From: Yuukianura sp. NJ FZ-2021
Taxonomy: Eukaryota
Length of the DNA stretch: 64,000 nt
Reading direction: 5' to 3'
NCBI GenBank assembly: GCA_046563655.1
Contig: CM102286.1
Coordinates: 10,664,001-10,728,000, forward strand
Shown here: positions 62,631 through 64,000 of the stretch, piece by piece
Numbering within the stretch: the first letter of the stretch is position 1
Layout: every line of letters begins with the position of its first letter
Position numbers and translations under genes: made by a program
The notes under the pieces: model-generated
The model's input: only the letters and a program-made list of their open reading frames with translations
The model's database searches: none
What the model was told of the DNA's origin: nothing

Positions 62631-64000
62631 CTGCAAGAATAAAATCATCAAGATAATTTCAAGCCTTCCAAACACAATATATATAATATATGTCACAAAT
62701 TAAAGTATTTTAAAATTTAACATGAATTCTTAAGCCGCATCGCTCTTTGCATCCCCCGTTCAACTCTTGTTCATTTACAGTATTTTAGTATATGTAATAT
62801 TTCAATTTACAATTTGTAAATTGCAGATTCATCTTATATTTAACAAGTTGTAAGGAATTTGCAAACAAAAAGAACTTTTTAGCTCGCTTGGCCTCTTGAC
62901 TTTTGGCGAATTTTCGCAAGAGCAGTCAAGTATGACGAGGGAAAAAATGTTTGATAATGACGCCGATGTGAGAAAAGTAATTAGGAAGAGGCGGAGAACA
63001 TTTGCAAATATTTGCACACCTTCTGCAAATCCCAAATGCCAAGATGATTCACAAATTACATTTGCAACTATCCAGCCACTCAGGCGCATATTAAGCATCG
63101 ATCAATGTGAATGCAAAGGTCATGACCTTGTTCCAAAATAAAATCCATGCTCAACACACCCAAAACACCACTGACACAAAACAGATTTTGAGAAAAAGAG
63201 TTTTACTGGAGGTTCTGTTCCAGATCTTTAAATTTGCAGAAAGCGCAAAAACTTTCTTAACTGTTAAAGATGACACCAGATTTACTATTTACTATTTCTC
63301 GTTATAGTGTCTTTCTTTCTAACACAAAATCTGCTTTGAGTTTTTGCAAAAAAACTGCTTGCTTAACAAGCACTTCGAACTCAAATGTGAAGGACACCAG
63401 AGCAATAAAGATTCGCAAATAGGAAACGAAGGCTTTTAAAAATGCCAAAGTTGTATTTCAAGTCAAAAGTGCCAATTTTGGCCAAAAAATTGCAAAGTCA
63501 CGAACGTAATCTTGCAACATGATCCCATTGGTTGTTACACTTCCTAAACCATAAGTTAACGCCGGGCTCTCTCACAAAATTTATGTTCTAACATCCATAT
63601 TTTTTTGCTGTAAAAGGTCAATGACCCTGCCCAGGTCAATTTCCTAAATGCAAAAGGTCAGCGGGGGGTACAGCAAGGCGTTGTCTAGCTTTTGACAGGA
63701 TAAATTCCAAAACTAATTTGGAAATGGTATCCGATTCCTTGTTCCTTAAGTTGCGGTTTCTTTTGAACGGGATTTGAATTGGTGTCTAAATTTGGGCGTG
63801 GTTCACTTCCAAATGTAAGATTAGTAAATGCGTATTCCATGTTCTCATATCCAGAAAGTGGACCCTTGGAGATGTGTCACATTTTGGACAGTGACAAATT
63901 TCAACAAGTTCAATCCACGCTAAGAGCTCTTAAAAAGGATCTTAATCCCAGAATCTTGAACACGAGTTTCTCGTTCCGGAAACGAGGCCAAATTTAGCCT

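Noticed and set aside
62829..63997. Short ORFs at the right end of the window
   Set aside because: No recognisable homology or consistent splice structure; partly repeat-derived

Overview
AT-rich eukaryotic DNA with many short (~60-70 nt) GT-AG introns, from an invertebrate, probably an arthropod (a springtail-like hexapod is a guess). Host genes are: a PLEKHG1/2/3-type DH-PH RhoGEF (- strand, runs off the left edge), URB2, EMC6, RpS4 (hosting two C/D and one H/ACA snoRNA), calcineurin B, an SLC35G1-like EamA transporter and a small multi-TM protein. There are two TE-rich accessory zones. (1) A 4.9-kb non-autonomous hAT-type element (8-bp TSD) lies in a RhoGEF intron. It carries an intact cargo gene for a two-repeat protein that resembles a circularly permuted GIY-YIG/T5orf172-like fold, plus nested elements. 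(2) The 41.4-52.9 kb zone contains Helentron/DINE-like elements, a 1.8-kb near-perfect palindrome with a hairpin-rich centre inserted at a CCAGG site, MITEs, a solo LTR, a permuted-papain (NlpC/P60-like) gene and a spliced 55-aa microprotein gene. All calls were made by eye without database searches; element and exon boundaries may be off by a few bases.
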